From the IMG/VR virus record IMGVR_UViG_3300038379_000063, positions 1-49,195 of that record: a stretch of DNA of 49,195 bases; one strand, written 5' to 3'. Under the pieces are notes generated by a model that saw only the letters and a list, made by a program, of their open reading frames with translations, was not told the DNA's origin and did no database searches. This document shows, one piece after another, positions 27,948 to 36,806 of the stretch. The number at the start of each line of letters is the position of its first letter. Within the stretch, counting starts at the first letter, position 1. This DNA comes from a virus (Duplodnaviria > Caudoviricetes). Both the position numbers and the translations under genes were made by a program.

Positions 27948-27960
27948 CTATAGGATAGGC

Positions 27961-28224
27961 ATGAGACACACGAACGAAACGATGCCGATGGATACTGAGT
28001 GGACGTGGCAAGAGGGGCGCCTACCGGAAGAAGAAACCAAGGTAGGACAGGAAACCACCCGAGTCCTACACCAAATCAACACAGCTAAACGCTACGGATT
28101 CAAACGTACCGAAATCACTATCGCTGCTAGCAGACGTAAAGCGGTAGAGTGGCGTTTAGAACAATGGGGTTTCAAAACTAAACCAGGAACCGATCCCGAT
28201 ATGACCGTTATCCGCTGGAAGTAA
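27961..28224 (+). CDS. Hypothetical early protein (start reassigned to ATG 27961)
   Basis: The upstream part of the 27820 ORF is occupied by promoter elements. Confidence 0.6.
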   Translation: MRHTNETMPMDTEWTWQEGRLPEEETKVGQETTRVLHQINTAKRYGFKRTEITIAASRRKAVEWRLEQWGFKTKPGTDPDMTVIRWK

Positions 28225-28233
28225 GGAGGTTTT

Positions 28234-28488
28234 ATGAAGATTACCGAAAACCAAAAGAACATGGCACGAAACCTTCTAACCAAACCCGAAGATTATACGT
28301 TTAAAAACGAATATTTTACTAAACCTTCGACCGAAGTAGAGATCATATATGAAAATTACCAGTACGAAGAAGGTGTAGTTCGGGCTAGACTTTCGGACCC
28401 GGAGATTGATAAACTGATGTCCGAGCTAAAGCTCGATCCCATGGAGGAAGTTTCCTGGGAGATTCTAGAAAGGATGACACAATGGTAA
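28234..28488 (+). CDS. Hypothetical acidic protein
   Basis: Strong RBS AAGGAGGT. Confidence 0.7.
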   Translation: MKITENQKNMARNLLTKPEDYTFKNEYFTKPSTEVEIIYENYQYEEGVVRARLSDPEIDKLMSELKLDPMEEVSWEILERMTQW

Positions 28489-28838
28489 AAAGTCTAGGTA
28501 TTTTGTTGTTTTCTTTGGTTCTTATTAGTTGTCAAGTAGATGAAGATGATAACTACTACAGTTATTCTCCGTCTAACCCACCTACTGTTTACTCGGAGTT
28601 GTTCGAAGGGGTTTGGTGTAATAAGAATGATTGTTTCTCTATCGACGGGAACAAATTCTTCTGTGATATGAAAGATGATTGCGATGAAACTGTTATCATC
28701 GAGTTTCAGCAGAAGTATTTCCGGCTAGAGAAGCAGGTGTGTGGTATGGGACCTGTTGTAGCATTCTCTTTCGTCCCACCATATAAACAAATCTCTTTAC
28801 TTGTATCAGGTAAGTTTGTTACTTTTTATAAACGATGA
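28482..28838 (+). CDS. Putative Cys-rich lipoprotein
   Basis: Signal peptide with lipobox LISC. Confidence 0.6.
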   Translation: MVKSLGILLFSLVLISCQVDEDDNYYSYSPSNPPTVYSELFEGVWCNKNDCFSIDGNKFFCDMKDDCDETVIIEFQQKYFRLEKQVCGMGPVVAFSFVPPYKQISLLVSGKFVTFYKR

Positions 28839-29035
28839 ACTACAACACAACAATAACTGAACATATAACCGGACATAAAACACTAACTTGTAAATGCAAC
28901 GCTAAACACTACTTCTATAACCTAGAAGAAACACGATATTACTCTTGTTATTGTGGCAGACAGCTTATTGAAGACTGGAAACTAGCCGAACCACCCAAAA
29001 CCTATGGGACGCAAACGACTAACAACAAACCTTGA
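28835..29035 (+). CDS. Small Zn-ribbon protein
   Basis: CKC...CYCG motifs. ATGA coupling. Confidence 0.55.
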   Translation: MNYNTTITEHITGHKTLTCKCNAKHYFYNLEETRYYSCYCGRQLIEDWKLAEPPKTYGTQTTNNKP

Positions 29036-29261
29036 ACTTAGCGAGCAAATAATCGACACGATACATAAAGGCATTAACTACCGTTTAGACATAGCTAAAA
29101 ATTTGAACAGACATCCGCGTAAGATCTACATGTATTGCTTACCGCTTATCAAAAACGGCTACTTAGAAGAAACGAAAAACCATTACTTTATAACAACAGA
29201 ATTATGTACGGGATGCGAGCTGATTAGTATTTATGCGCATCCAAAGGAGTGGTGTGAATGA
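29004..29261 (+). CDS. Putative winged-helix DNA-binding protein
   Basis: I...I......DIAKNL....I...L.PLIKNGYLE pattern. Confidence 0.5.
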   Translation: MGRKRLTTNLELSEQIIDTIHKGINYRLDIAKNLNRHPRKIYMYCLPLIKNGYLEETKNHYFITTELCTGCELISIYAHPKEWCE

Positions 29262-29428
29262 AAAGCGTGGAACTAGAACTTGAACATATTCTCATACTGG
29301 AACGTGCTGCGACACTTCTCGATCTCGCGCAAGAGTTTATGTCCGATTCATTAGAGAACGGCACAAATACAGCAGCACAATACTATCAAACCGCCTATAA
29401 ACTTCGAGAAATGATTGGTTTAGACTAA
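29258..29428 (+). CDS. Small hypothetical protein (56 aa), not in the ORF track
   Basis: RBS AAGGAG and ATGA overlap. Reads MKSVELELEHILILERAATLLDLAQ... Confidence 0.6.
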   Translation: MKSVELELEHILILERAATLLDLAQEFMSDSLENGTNTAAQYYQTAYKLREMIGLD

Positions 29429-31083
29429 CGCATCTTCCAGGCATCCCACCATGCGGCATTGCCTGCTAGATGATTGATAGCTTGGCTTAAACTATCCACC
29501 TGATCGTCATGTTTTCCGTTAGGAAAAGTTGACAACTCGTGGATGAAATCTTCTAACCAAGACGCGCCCTCCAAGAGGTAGACATTACCTGCCTCTACCG
29601 CAGGTTGCATCGCTGCTGCTCTAGACTCTTTTCCCCCTTCCGGTTCCACAAGGACTAGATTGGGGATTTTGTTTTTCAAAAGACTAACTACCGCGTCTCC
29701 GTTCGCTTTTCCTTCAATAAGGAATTTCGTAGGTTTATACTTCTGAAATAACCACTCCACTAAATCGACCGTCTTCTTAAAATCCATGGGCGCGGTCTTA
29801 TTATCTATCACGTATCGATTCGCACCTTTAGTTCCTATCACTAAGCAACCGACCCGCGATCCATCCTGAGATTCTCGGAACGAGCAATCTAAACTCACGA
29901 TAACTTGATCGAACTTAATTTCGCCTTGCTTATTAGTGGGGGCAAGGATGGCAGGTCTATCATTACACCCTGCGGGGCGATAGTTGTTAGTAGTCCCCTC
30001 ATACCGGAAGAAGTTCCACCAGGCTTTTCTGAAAAAACCGCCCTCCATAGGTGCGGGTCGCTGCTGCATTAACCCTGCGTAAGCATAAGAACCTAAACGA
30101 ATCTTTTCCGATTCTACCCATTCTTTAGGGAATCGTTCGGGTTGCATAAGGTCGCCTAGTTCTTTCCTGGGATCTATCCAGTTAAGAACCGTCATATATT
30201 TCCTATCCGGTTCGTACTCCATAGGAATACACAGGTGGTGCCATCCGCCTTGCTTTAATACGTGCCCTGCCCAATCTTCCTCATGTACGCGCTGCATAAT
30301 ACCAATACGGATGCTGCGGAGGGGATCGTTAACGCGGTTCGCTATGGACGAATCATAACGTTCTAAGACCGCTCTACGTTGAGTCTCGGATTGAGCTTCC
30401 GTGGGATCGTGCGGATCGTCTATTGTGAGTACGTCCGTACCTTCACCGATGATCTTTGCGTTGATACCTGTTGACAAACGCTCTCCGCCTTGATCGTTCG
30501 AGAATAACTCCACGGCATCGATATCAGGACGGATTTTCCACTGAGGTTCGAACATCCCTTGGTACCACTCTGAGGCAATAAGCGCGCGACAATACCTAGA
30601 GTCACGATGCGATACCTTCGGGTTAGCAGAGATACAGCGTATCTTCAGCTCGGGCCACCTAGTCCACGCCCACGCGGGCGCGAAAACCGACACGATCATC
30701 GATTTAGCGGACCGGGGCGGGATGTTAATCATCAGGTTTTGCTTACCTATTTTATATTTAGGATCCTTTTTCGCTCGCGCTAGCTTCTCATACATGAATT
30801 GAACGTGATCAGCTACCGCTTCCATATGCCATCCCCAGAAAAGCGGGGTACCAGGATTAACAACTTCCCATCCCTCCTGGATAAAGCGGGATAGAGATCG
30901 CCTACACTCTTCGGCGGTAAGTTTATTCCAAAGTTCCGCTAACTCTTCTGCTGTGAAATCCTGGGTTACAGCTACTAAAGGGTATGCAGGGTTTTTGGGT
31001 CTTCGCGCGCAAAGAGGACACTTTCCGTTATTAATTTTTCTAATAACGGTGTGAGTGCAGGGAATGTTTTGTGGAGATTCCAT
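29425..31083 (-). CDS. terL: Terminase large subunit
   Basis: INIPPRSAKS Walker A, LTIDD Walker B, QQRP, SLD.SF, IEGKANG and FPNGKHDDQVD. Confidence 0.95.
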   Translation of the reverse strand: MESPQNIPCTHTVIRKINNGKCPLCARRPKNPAYPLVAVTQDFTAEELAELWNKLTAEECRRSLSRFIQEGWEVVNPGTPLFWGWHMEAVADHVQFMYEKLARAKKDPKYKIGKQNLMINIPPRSAKSMIVSVFAPAWAWTRWPELKIRCISANPKVSHRDSRYCRALIASEWYQGMFEPQWKIRPDIDAVELFSNDQGGERLSTGINAKIIGEGTDVLTIDDPHDPTEAQSETQRRAVLERYDSSIANRVNDPLRSIRIGIMQRVHEEDWAGHVLKQGGWHHLCIPMEYEPDRKYMTVLNWIDPRKELGDLMQPERFPKEWVESEKIRLGSYAYAGLMQQRPAPMEGGFFRKAWWNFFRYEGTTNNYRPAGCNDRPAILAPTNKQGEIKFDQVIVSLDCSFRESQDGSRVGCLVIGTKGANRYVIDNKTAPMDFKKTVDLVEWLFQKYKPTKFLIEGKANGDAVVSLLKNKIPNLVLVEPEGGKESRAAAMQPAVEAGNVYLLEGASWLEDFIHELSTFPNGKHDDQVDSLSQAINHLAGNAAWWDAWKMR

Positions 31084-31086
31084 ACA

Positions 31087-31473
31087 CTATTCTTCGTTTC
31101 CTTCTTTGGTTTCGATGATTTCCGCGTCTTCTATTTCTTCGGTGACTCGTGCTAAAGCGGACGGTAATGCAGGTCTAAGCTGGTCCTTCAACGCCTTTAG
31201 CTGGGCATCAGAGAGCTTGGACATGTCGAGAGCATCCAAGAGCGATGGTGCTGCTCCTATCTGCATATCCATTTCTACGATGTTTACCGCTTTACCTAGA
31301 CCGCGATCGGCTAACCAGAACAACATTGCATCCCTACGCTGAGTAGTCTCCATAGGGTCGCGCCAAACCTTCAAGGCGAAATCGACCATTTCTTTACCGC
31401 CGTTGGTTTGGGAAAGGATTTCTCTAGCAACTAACGCCCATCCTTTGGGGCGTCCTCGGGTTCTCTTCAACAT
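31087..31473 (-). CDS. terS: Terminase small subunit
   Basis: Directly upstream of terL. GRPKG, L.DRG.GK and D.SKLSD.QL motifs. Confidence 0.75.
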   Translation of the reverse strand: MLKRTRGRPKGWALVAREILSQTNGGKEMVDFALKVWRDPMETTQRRDAMLFWLADRGLGKAVNIVEMDMQIGAAPSLLDALDMSKLSDAQLKALKDQLRPALPSALARVTEEIEDAEIIETKEGNEE

Positions 31474-31623
31474 ATCCTACATGAAATATACTGCATATTT
31501 TCAAAATTACGACGTATTATATTTCCTGTTTTCTAAGTTATTGAAACTCTTTATGTACAAAGTATCCATACTCGCTTTACTTGATTTATAATCGATACTT
31601 AGAAAAGCGGTCTTTCTAACTCA

Positions 31624-31677
31624 TTGAAATTAAACAAGTCAATAAGTATGAATTGCCTATTACTTGTTTAATTTCAA
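31624..31677. repeat. Perfect 16-bp inverted repeat in AT-rich intergenic DNA
   Basis: TTGAAATTAAACAAGT (31624-39) and ACTTGTTTAATTTCAA (31662-77). Confidence 0.9.
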
Positions 31678-31777
31678 CGAACTAGTTTTTTGAGTTGACT
31701 TCGATACCAAAATCTAAGAAAATGAAATTCATGAAAAACGTAAAGATTTCATCGAACTATGTTTAGTAAAAAACTAC

Positions 31778-31858
31778 GGGGAAGGGTACACCCCGGGGGG
31801 GAGTATTATATATCCCCTAAAGGGGATATAATACTCCACCCCCCGGGGTTCCCTCCCC
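31778..31858. repeat. ~80-bp quasi-palindrome, candidate replication origin
   Basis: Core TATATCCCCT-AA-AGGGGATATA extended by GGAGTAT/ATACTCC, ACCCCGGGGG/CCCCCGGGGT and GGGGA/TCCCC. Confidence 0.75.
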
Positions 31859-31907
31859 TTGCCAGCATACCAAAGCTTGATAACCCAGAGCTAACCCAAG
31901 AAAGAAC

Positions 31908-31937
31908 TTGCGACCCAAACCCGATGCGCGGTAGGCT
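31908..31937 (+). promoter_or_regulatory. sigma70-type promoter of the replication operon
   Basis: TTGCGA-N18-TAGGCT. Confidence 0.5.
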
Positions 31938-31942
31938 TGCCG

Positions 31943-32020
31943 GAATACTCGGTCCGCCCCTCGCGACGGTGAAAAGGGTGTCTCCTAGCGAGGGGTGGTC
32001 CAGAGTTCAAAGGAGACACC
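31943..32020 (+). ncRNA. Cis-regulatory leader RNA (H-type pseudoknot / switch)
   Basis: S1 31954-64/31988-98 and S2 31977-86/32011-20. S2 covers the RBS AGGAG. Confidence 0.65.
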
Positions 32021-32024
32021 ACCT

Positions 32025-32117
32025 GTGACGCAACAGAATGCGCTATACGCCCCGGAAACCGATTCCCGGCAGCCAACTAGCCCCCCACCCCTAAAAACGC
32101 CTTGGAGAGCGTTTTAA
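32025..32117 (+). CDS. Leader peptide (30 aa) coupled to primase-helicase, not in the ORF track
   Basis: AAAGGAG RBS, GTG start, TAA overlapping the primase ATG (TAATG). Confidence 0.6.
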   Translation: MTQQNALYAPETDSRQPTSPPPLKTPWRAF

Positions 32118-34282
32118 TGCGTTGGGCGTTTTACAAACACAATCGGGACAACCAACCCGATATTCTCGATACGGAAATCAAAGACTTAGCGGATTTCCTG
32201 CTTACCGAACGCAAAACCTCATGCTCTCAAGCGACATGCCAGGGCAAGAATTGTCCGCACAAGAACTGTGAAGCATGGTCCCCTGCCTACATCGAGGGGG
32301 AACGTAAAAGTGAAAACGTTAAAGCGATAACCGCAGGGGTTTTCGACCTAGACGCGTATCGACCGGGAACATCCGATTTCGAAGAACGTCTAGCGAATGC
32401 CGATGTATCGGGACTAATCCACTCCACACACAATCACCGAAGCGACTCTTTTAACCTTCGGCTCGTTCTTTGGTTCCGCAGGGAAGTTCTACCGGAGGAA
32501 TGGCAGCCTGTATGGAATGCACTTATTAGAAAATTTAATATCCCCTGCGATCCGGTCTGTAAAGACTTGGCAAGACTATATTATTTCCCCACTACACCAT
32601 CCGATTGTGACTTCTTCGGAGGCGTATTACCAGGTAATACAGCGATAGATATCGATGCCTTGCTTGACGAAAAAGTCAAGTCACCTGATGTATCGACAAC
32701 TGTATTGACGAAACCGCCAATTGAACCGAAGGACCATTCGGAGTTCATATCTTACCTGTCCAGGAACTATGCCCCAGAAGGTCTCAGGAACGAAGCTAGC
32801 CTAGCTCTAACCGGGGGACTAGTTCGGGCGGGATGGACAACAGAAGAAGCAGCTAGGTTCACTTATGAGCTGCATAGCGTTGTTAACAAGCGGGACGGAG
32901 AATACGGTAAGCGTTTATATCAGGCGGAACGGGCGAGAGACAGGATCGCCAAAGGGGAAGAAACGGTAGGTTTCAAGAAACTTCAAGAATGTAAGGTTTC
33001 AGAGGGGATAGTTAACCATATCTCCGACTATGCAAATTCATACGTTCGAGAAAGAAACCACCGTTTTCTCCAGGCATTAAACATCCCCGAACCGGACGAT
33101 ATTTTTCGTGATTCGCGAATCTCGAACGTAGCTTCGGAGGATAGACCACCGGTTAAGTTTTATCCTACCGGTTTTAGTGATTTGGATGTCCTTATCGGCG
33201 GAGGAATCAGGACTAGGGTTATCAACATTCTTTGCGGTCCACCGGGTAGCGGTAAGAGCGCCTGGTTAATCGATCGCGCGCTGGTTATGCAGGATATCAT
33301 CCCGGTAATCCTGATCGGTAGCGAGCTAGACCGTCAAGAAGTAGTCGCTAGATCTCAGGCAAATCTTTTAGGAATCGGTTCTAACGATATCTTGTTCGGC
33401 AAAGCAAACCCAAAAGCTGCGGATTTATCTAAACATCGGATTCACGTTTTCGATTTCAACACCATCCCGTTTGATAACGTGGAAGGATTCATCGAACATC
33501 TGATAGAACGTTGTAAAGGAATGTACGGGCAATCGCCCATGATTATTCTGGACTACATGCAAGATTTCACACGCGGGGGGAGCGACGAAGTTCGAATCAA
33601 GGTGGGAAATCTCTCGAAAGCATTGCGCGGAATGGTCCAAAAACACGATTGCGCGATGATAATTGCTTCATCGGTCGCTAGAAATTTCTACGGGAATGAT
33701 AACTATCGTGCTAGCGAGTATGCGGATATCTATCTGAATGCCGCGAAGGAATCGGGGGATATCGATTTCGATGCTGCTTTTATTTTCTATCTGGATGTAG
33801 ATAGGGATAGAGATGCTGCAGGGTTGCGTTTAAGTCGTTTAGCAGTCGCGAAAGCACGCGGAGGCATGACAGGATTCGTAGGGTTAAAGTTCGAAGGAAG
33901 GACCGGGAAATGGTTTCCTTATCCTAAAGCTGTAGAGGAATTGAAAGAAAAAGGCGTTAGTGTGGGTAAAAAGAAAGCACCTTCAGAAGATAGCATTAAG
34001 AAAAAAATCAAAGAAGAAATCATCCGGGCCTATAACGAAGAGAAGATTTTCAAATACAAGAGTGGAGTTATTGAAGCATTGGGTGGCGATAGGAACCGTA
34101 ACTTCGATATTCTGAACAAGATGATCGAAAACGGGGAACTAGAAGTTAAACCGGACACTAAGGATTTGCAGGGGAAATCCTTTTTCGTCGGATTGGTGGG
34201 GATGTTTAAGAGCGAAGAACCTAAAACAGAGGCGCAACAGGAAGTTAGCAGCATTGTCAATAAGTTTTTGCAGCGTAACTAA
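32117..34282 (+). CDS. Primase (prim-pol-like) fused to a DnaB/RecA-family helicase
   Basis: FDLD, HSTHNH, RLVL, D..RLYYFP, PriCT-like G.RN, GPPGSGKS, ILDYMQ, KESGDID.DA and KAR.G motifs. Confidence 0.88.
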   Translation: MRWAFYKHNRDNQPDILDTEIKDLADFLLTERKTSCSQATCQGKNCPHKNCEAWSPAYIEGERKSENVKAITAGVFDLDAYRPGTSDFEERLANADVSGLIHSTHNHRSDSFNLRLVLWFRREVLPEEWQPVWNALIRKFNIPCDPVCKDLARLYYFPTTPSDCDFFGGVLPGNTAIDIDALLDEKVKSPDVSTTVLTKPPIEPKDHSEFISYLSRNYAPEGLRNEASLALTGGLVRAGWTTEEAARFTYELHSVVNKRDGEYGKRLYQAERARDRIAKGEETVGFKKLQECKVSEGIVNHISDYANSYVRERNHRFLQALNIPEPDDIFRDSRISNVASEDRPPVKFYPTGFSDLDVLIGGGIRTRVINILCGPPGSGKSAWLIDRALVMQDIIPVILIGSELDRQEVVARSQANLLGIGSNDILFGKANPKAADLSKHRIHVFDFNTIPFDNVEGFIEHLIERCKGMYGQSPMIILDYMQDFTRGGSDEVRIKVGNLSKALRGMVQKHDCAMIIASSVARNFYGNDNYRASEYADIYLNAAKESGDIDFDAAFIFYLDVDRDRDAAGLRLSRLAVAKARGGMTGFVGLKFEGRTGKWFPYPKAVEELKEKGVSVGKKKAPSEDSIKKKIKEEIIRAYNEEKIFKYKSGVIEALGGDRNRNFDILNKMIENGELEVKPDTKDLQGKSFFVGLVGMFKSEEPKTEAQQEVSSIVNKFLQRN

Positions 34283-34304
34283 GATTACATGTCATACTTA
34301 AAGG

Positions 34305-34922
34305 ATGGGTAAATTGTTGACTGTATTGGTAATTTTGGTTATTCTCTTGTCCGGTTGCGGGGGTTACGCACTTAGAGCTAACCTAACTCGCCACCAACAG
34401 GCGACGGTGAAAGTTATTGTTAAATGCATCGATAGCGAACAAGAGTACAGCGGTAGCGGTGTGGTTATTAGCGATCGTAGGGTGCTTACTGCCGCGCACC
34501 TGGTAGAGGTTTGCCCACTACCGGATATGTTCATCCTAGATGACGAGACTATGTATCCGGTCTATCCCGCGAAAGTAGATGTAGATAATGATTTGGCAAT
34601 CCTAGTTAACGTAGGCCCGGTCCCGTTTAAGAAACCGTCCATTAACTATGGTCCAGAACCTAAGCGGATGAGTAGGATTTACCTTATTACCGGCGCACCG
34701 TACGAAGATGTTCGGGACGGTATCTTGAACCATTGGAACATTAAAGAAGGCCCGAGAATCAAACACAGTATCGTTACTGAAAGAGGTAATAGTGGTAGCG
34801 GGGTTTATGATTACATGGGGAGACTTATCGGCATCCTAACTCATGCAACGTTCTGTGGAAACGGTCAATATTGCGGCGGAAGGGCATCTTCTCTATGGGA
34901 CAAGAAAGATTGGTTGGAGTAG
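34305..34922 (+). CDS. Trypsin-like serine protease, probable lipoprotein
   Basis: GSGVVI, LTAAH, DLA and GNSGSG motifs. Lipobox LSGC. Confidence 0.88.
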   Translation: MGKLLTVLVILVILLSGCGGYALRANLTRHQQATVKVIVKCIDSEQEYSGSGVVISDRRVLTAAHLVEVCPLPDMFILDDETMYPVYPAKVDVDNDLAILVNVGPVPFKKPSINYGPEPKRMSRIYLITGAPYEDVRDGILNHWNIKEGPRIKHSIVTERGNSGSGVYDYMGRLIGILTHATFCGNGQYCGGRASSLWDKKDWLE

Positions 34923-35134
34923 GTCAAACGGTGTGGTTAACAAGGGATAGCGAAGACGGCAGTTTATCGGATGTAGTCGAAATTTGGTTCGAGAGACCAG
35001 ATCCGACATGTAATGAAGGTGTGGTTATTTGGTTTCATTCTAACGGACCGTCTGTTAGGATGAGCGCTAGCGACGCGGCAATGAAATACCGCACAATTCC
35101 AGACCATGCTTTGCAGTGTGTGAGAATAGGATGA
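34895..35134 (+). CDS. Hypothetical protein
   Basis: Fills the gap in the operon. Start uncertain. Confidence 0.55.
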   Translation: MGQERLVGVGQTVWLTRDSEDGSLSDVVEIWFERPDPTCNEGVVIWFHSNGPSVRMSASDAAMKYRTIPDHALQCVRIG

Positions 35135-35135
35135 T

Positions 35136-36806
35136 ATGAGCGATAAAAAAGGAGGGGGATACGGGCCGACTATAACGGACGGAAAGATTAACTATTTTTC
35201 CGCGACTAGTTTATCGTGCGGCGACCCGAATCAGGACGGAGGATGTCTTAGGCGGTACTGGTTTAAATACGTCGCTAAGAAGAAGGAACCACAAACCGCA
35301 GCACAAACTAAAGGTTATGAAGAACTTCATAAACCTATCGAACAATACTACATCCACGGTACTAGGAGCTTCCCCAGGTTCGTATTAGCAGGAACTCATT
35401 TCCTTCCGGCGAGAAGCGATAGGGTTTTGCCGGAAGTAGAGATTAAAGACTTCGAACTGAAGGTGTGTGGAGTACCGGTAATCGGTAAAATCGATCTACT
35501 AAACGCCACAGGTTCCTGGATAGATCCGGACGGTAATCATAAAGAGCTGAATGGCGTAGAAGTAATCGACTGGAAGAGTACCGGTAACCTGCAGTGGGCG
35601 AAAAGCGGACCGGATTTGCTTAAAACCATCCAGATGCCACTTTATGCCGCTGCAGTCAAAGATATCAAAGAGAATGCGGACGGTGTACGCCTATCACACG
35701 TCTACTTCTCTACCGGTAAGCATGACGCGAAGAAGAGTTCTATCGTAGCGGATTTTGATACTATCGCGCGGAAGAAAACGGAAATTGAAAGCGTTGCTAA
35801 AAACATTATTGACATCGTGGGCGAAACCGATTCTAATAAAGTTGAAGCAAACGCCCGCGCCTGCAACGCCTACGGCGGATGTCCTCATAGAGAATACTGC
35901 GGGGCGGGAAACAGATCAGGAATAGAAAGGTTATTCGGTAAAGATATGACGGCGCTTTTGAAACCAAAAACTACTGTAGAACCGAACATCTTGGAAAAGA
36001 TGAAAGCTCTTAAAGAAGTTGAAGAGAAACAAAAACAGGCATTGGCGCTGAAGAAAGCGTTCGAGACCATCGAACTCGATCCGCGTGGTATGCCACAGCT
36101 TAGTGGGGACGCTGCTAAGGCATGGGCGAACTATAAGAACATGGAGTTTTCAGGACAGGGTTTCGCGGGTAGCGGAGAGCTAGGTGAACTTAACGTTACC
36201 GACACGGAAACTATCATTAAGCTAGCGGAAGAATTGAATAACACTCCTACCGAACCGGTGGTAGCGGGTCTGGTGCCGGATAACGTACCGGAACCTATCG
36301 CGCCTGTAGTCGCGGAGATTGTCGTTTCGCCCGAAGCAGTGAAGATTATCGACGAAGCGCCCGAAGAACCCCCGAAGAAGCGCGGTCGTAAAGCTAAGAA
36401 GGACGAAGACGTGGTAGGAACTATCGCGGTTCCGGTTACTGTTGGAAAAATTACCATCCCGTGGGATGGGAAGGTTCCCGCCGAACACTCGGAGGGGTAT
36501 AACGTATACGTAGATTGCGTACCTTTGACAAGTACGGTATCCCTAGATCCCTACATCGATGATCTTTGTCGCACACTTTGTAATAAGTTCGAATGCGCGG
36601 ATATCCGAGTAGCACCAAAGGATGGTCCTTTGGCGTTTGGTGGGTGGCGTGGTGTGGTTCGGGCTTATGTTCTAGCATCCCCTCCCCCTCCTGGAGACTA
36701 CACTCTTTTCTCCGGTATGCGCGAGATTACCGTTGAAGTCGCGGACGCATTGCGAGAGTACTGTCAAAGGAACGGCGGTAATTTTGTTAAAGGGGTAGGA
36801 CGATGA
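35136..36806 (+). CDS. PD-(D/E)XK Cas4/AddB-like exonuclease with long C-terminal extension
   Basis: CLRRYWF, GKIDL, IDWKST, Q...Y and C.AYGGCPH..YC (probable Fe-S ligands). Confidence 0.85.
   Translation: MSDKKGGGYGPTITDGKINYFSATSLSCGDPNQDGGCLRRYWFKYVAKKKEPQTAAQTKGYEELHKPIEQYYIHGTRSFPRFVLAGTHFLPARSDRVLPEVEIKDFELKVCGVPVIGKIDLLNATGSWIDPDGNHKELNGVEVIDWKSTGNLQWAKSGPDLLKTIQMPLYAAAVKDIKENADGVRLSHVYFSTGKHDAKKSSIVADFDTIARKKTEIESVAKNIIDIVGETDSNKVEANARACNAYGGCPHREYCGAGNRSGIERLFGKDMTALLKPKTTVEPNILEKMKALKEVEEKQKQALALKKAFETIELDPRGMPQLSGDAAKAWANYKNMEFSGQGFAGSGELGELNVTDTETIIKLAEELNNTPTEPVVAGLVPDNVPEPIAPVVAEIVVSPEAVKIIDEAPEEPPKKRGRKAKKDEDVVGTIAVPVTVGKITIPWDGKVPAEHSEGYNVYVDCVPLTSTVSLDPYIDDLCRTLCNKFECADIRVAPKDGPLAFGGWRGVVRAYVLASPPPPGDYTLFSGMREITVEVADALREYCQRNGGNFVKGVGR

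Noticed and set aside
27820-27960. N-terminal 47 codons of ORF 27820-28224
   Set aside because: The region consists of palindromic boxes, an IHF site and the sigma54 motif. ATG 27961 is the better start.
31759-32076. ORFs 31759-32028 (+) and 31891-32076 (-)
   Set aside because: They run through the long palindrome and the structured leader. Their low-complexity products are better explained as non-coding.
35136-36806. Cas4-like nuclease as evidence of CRISPR-Cas
   Set aside because: No repeat-spacer array or other cas genes. It is a typical phage replication/recombination exonuclease.
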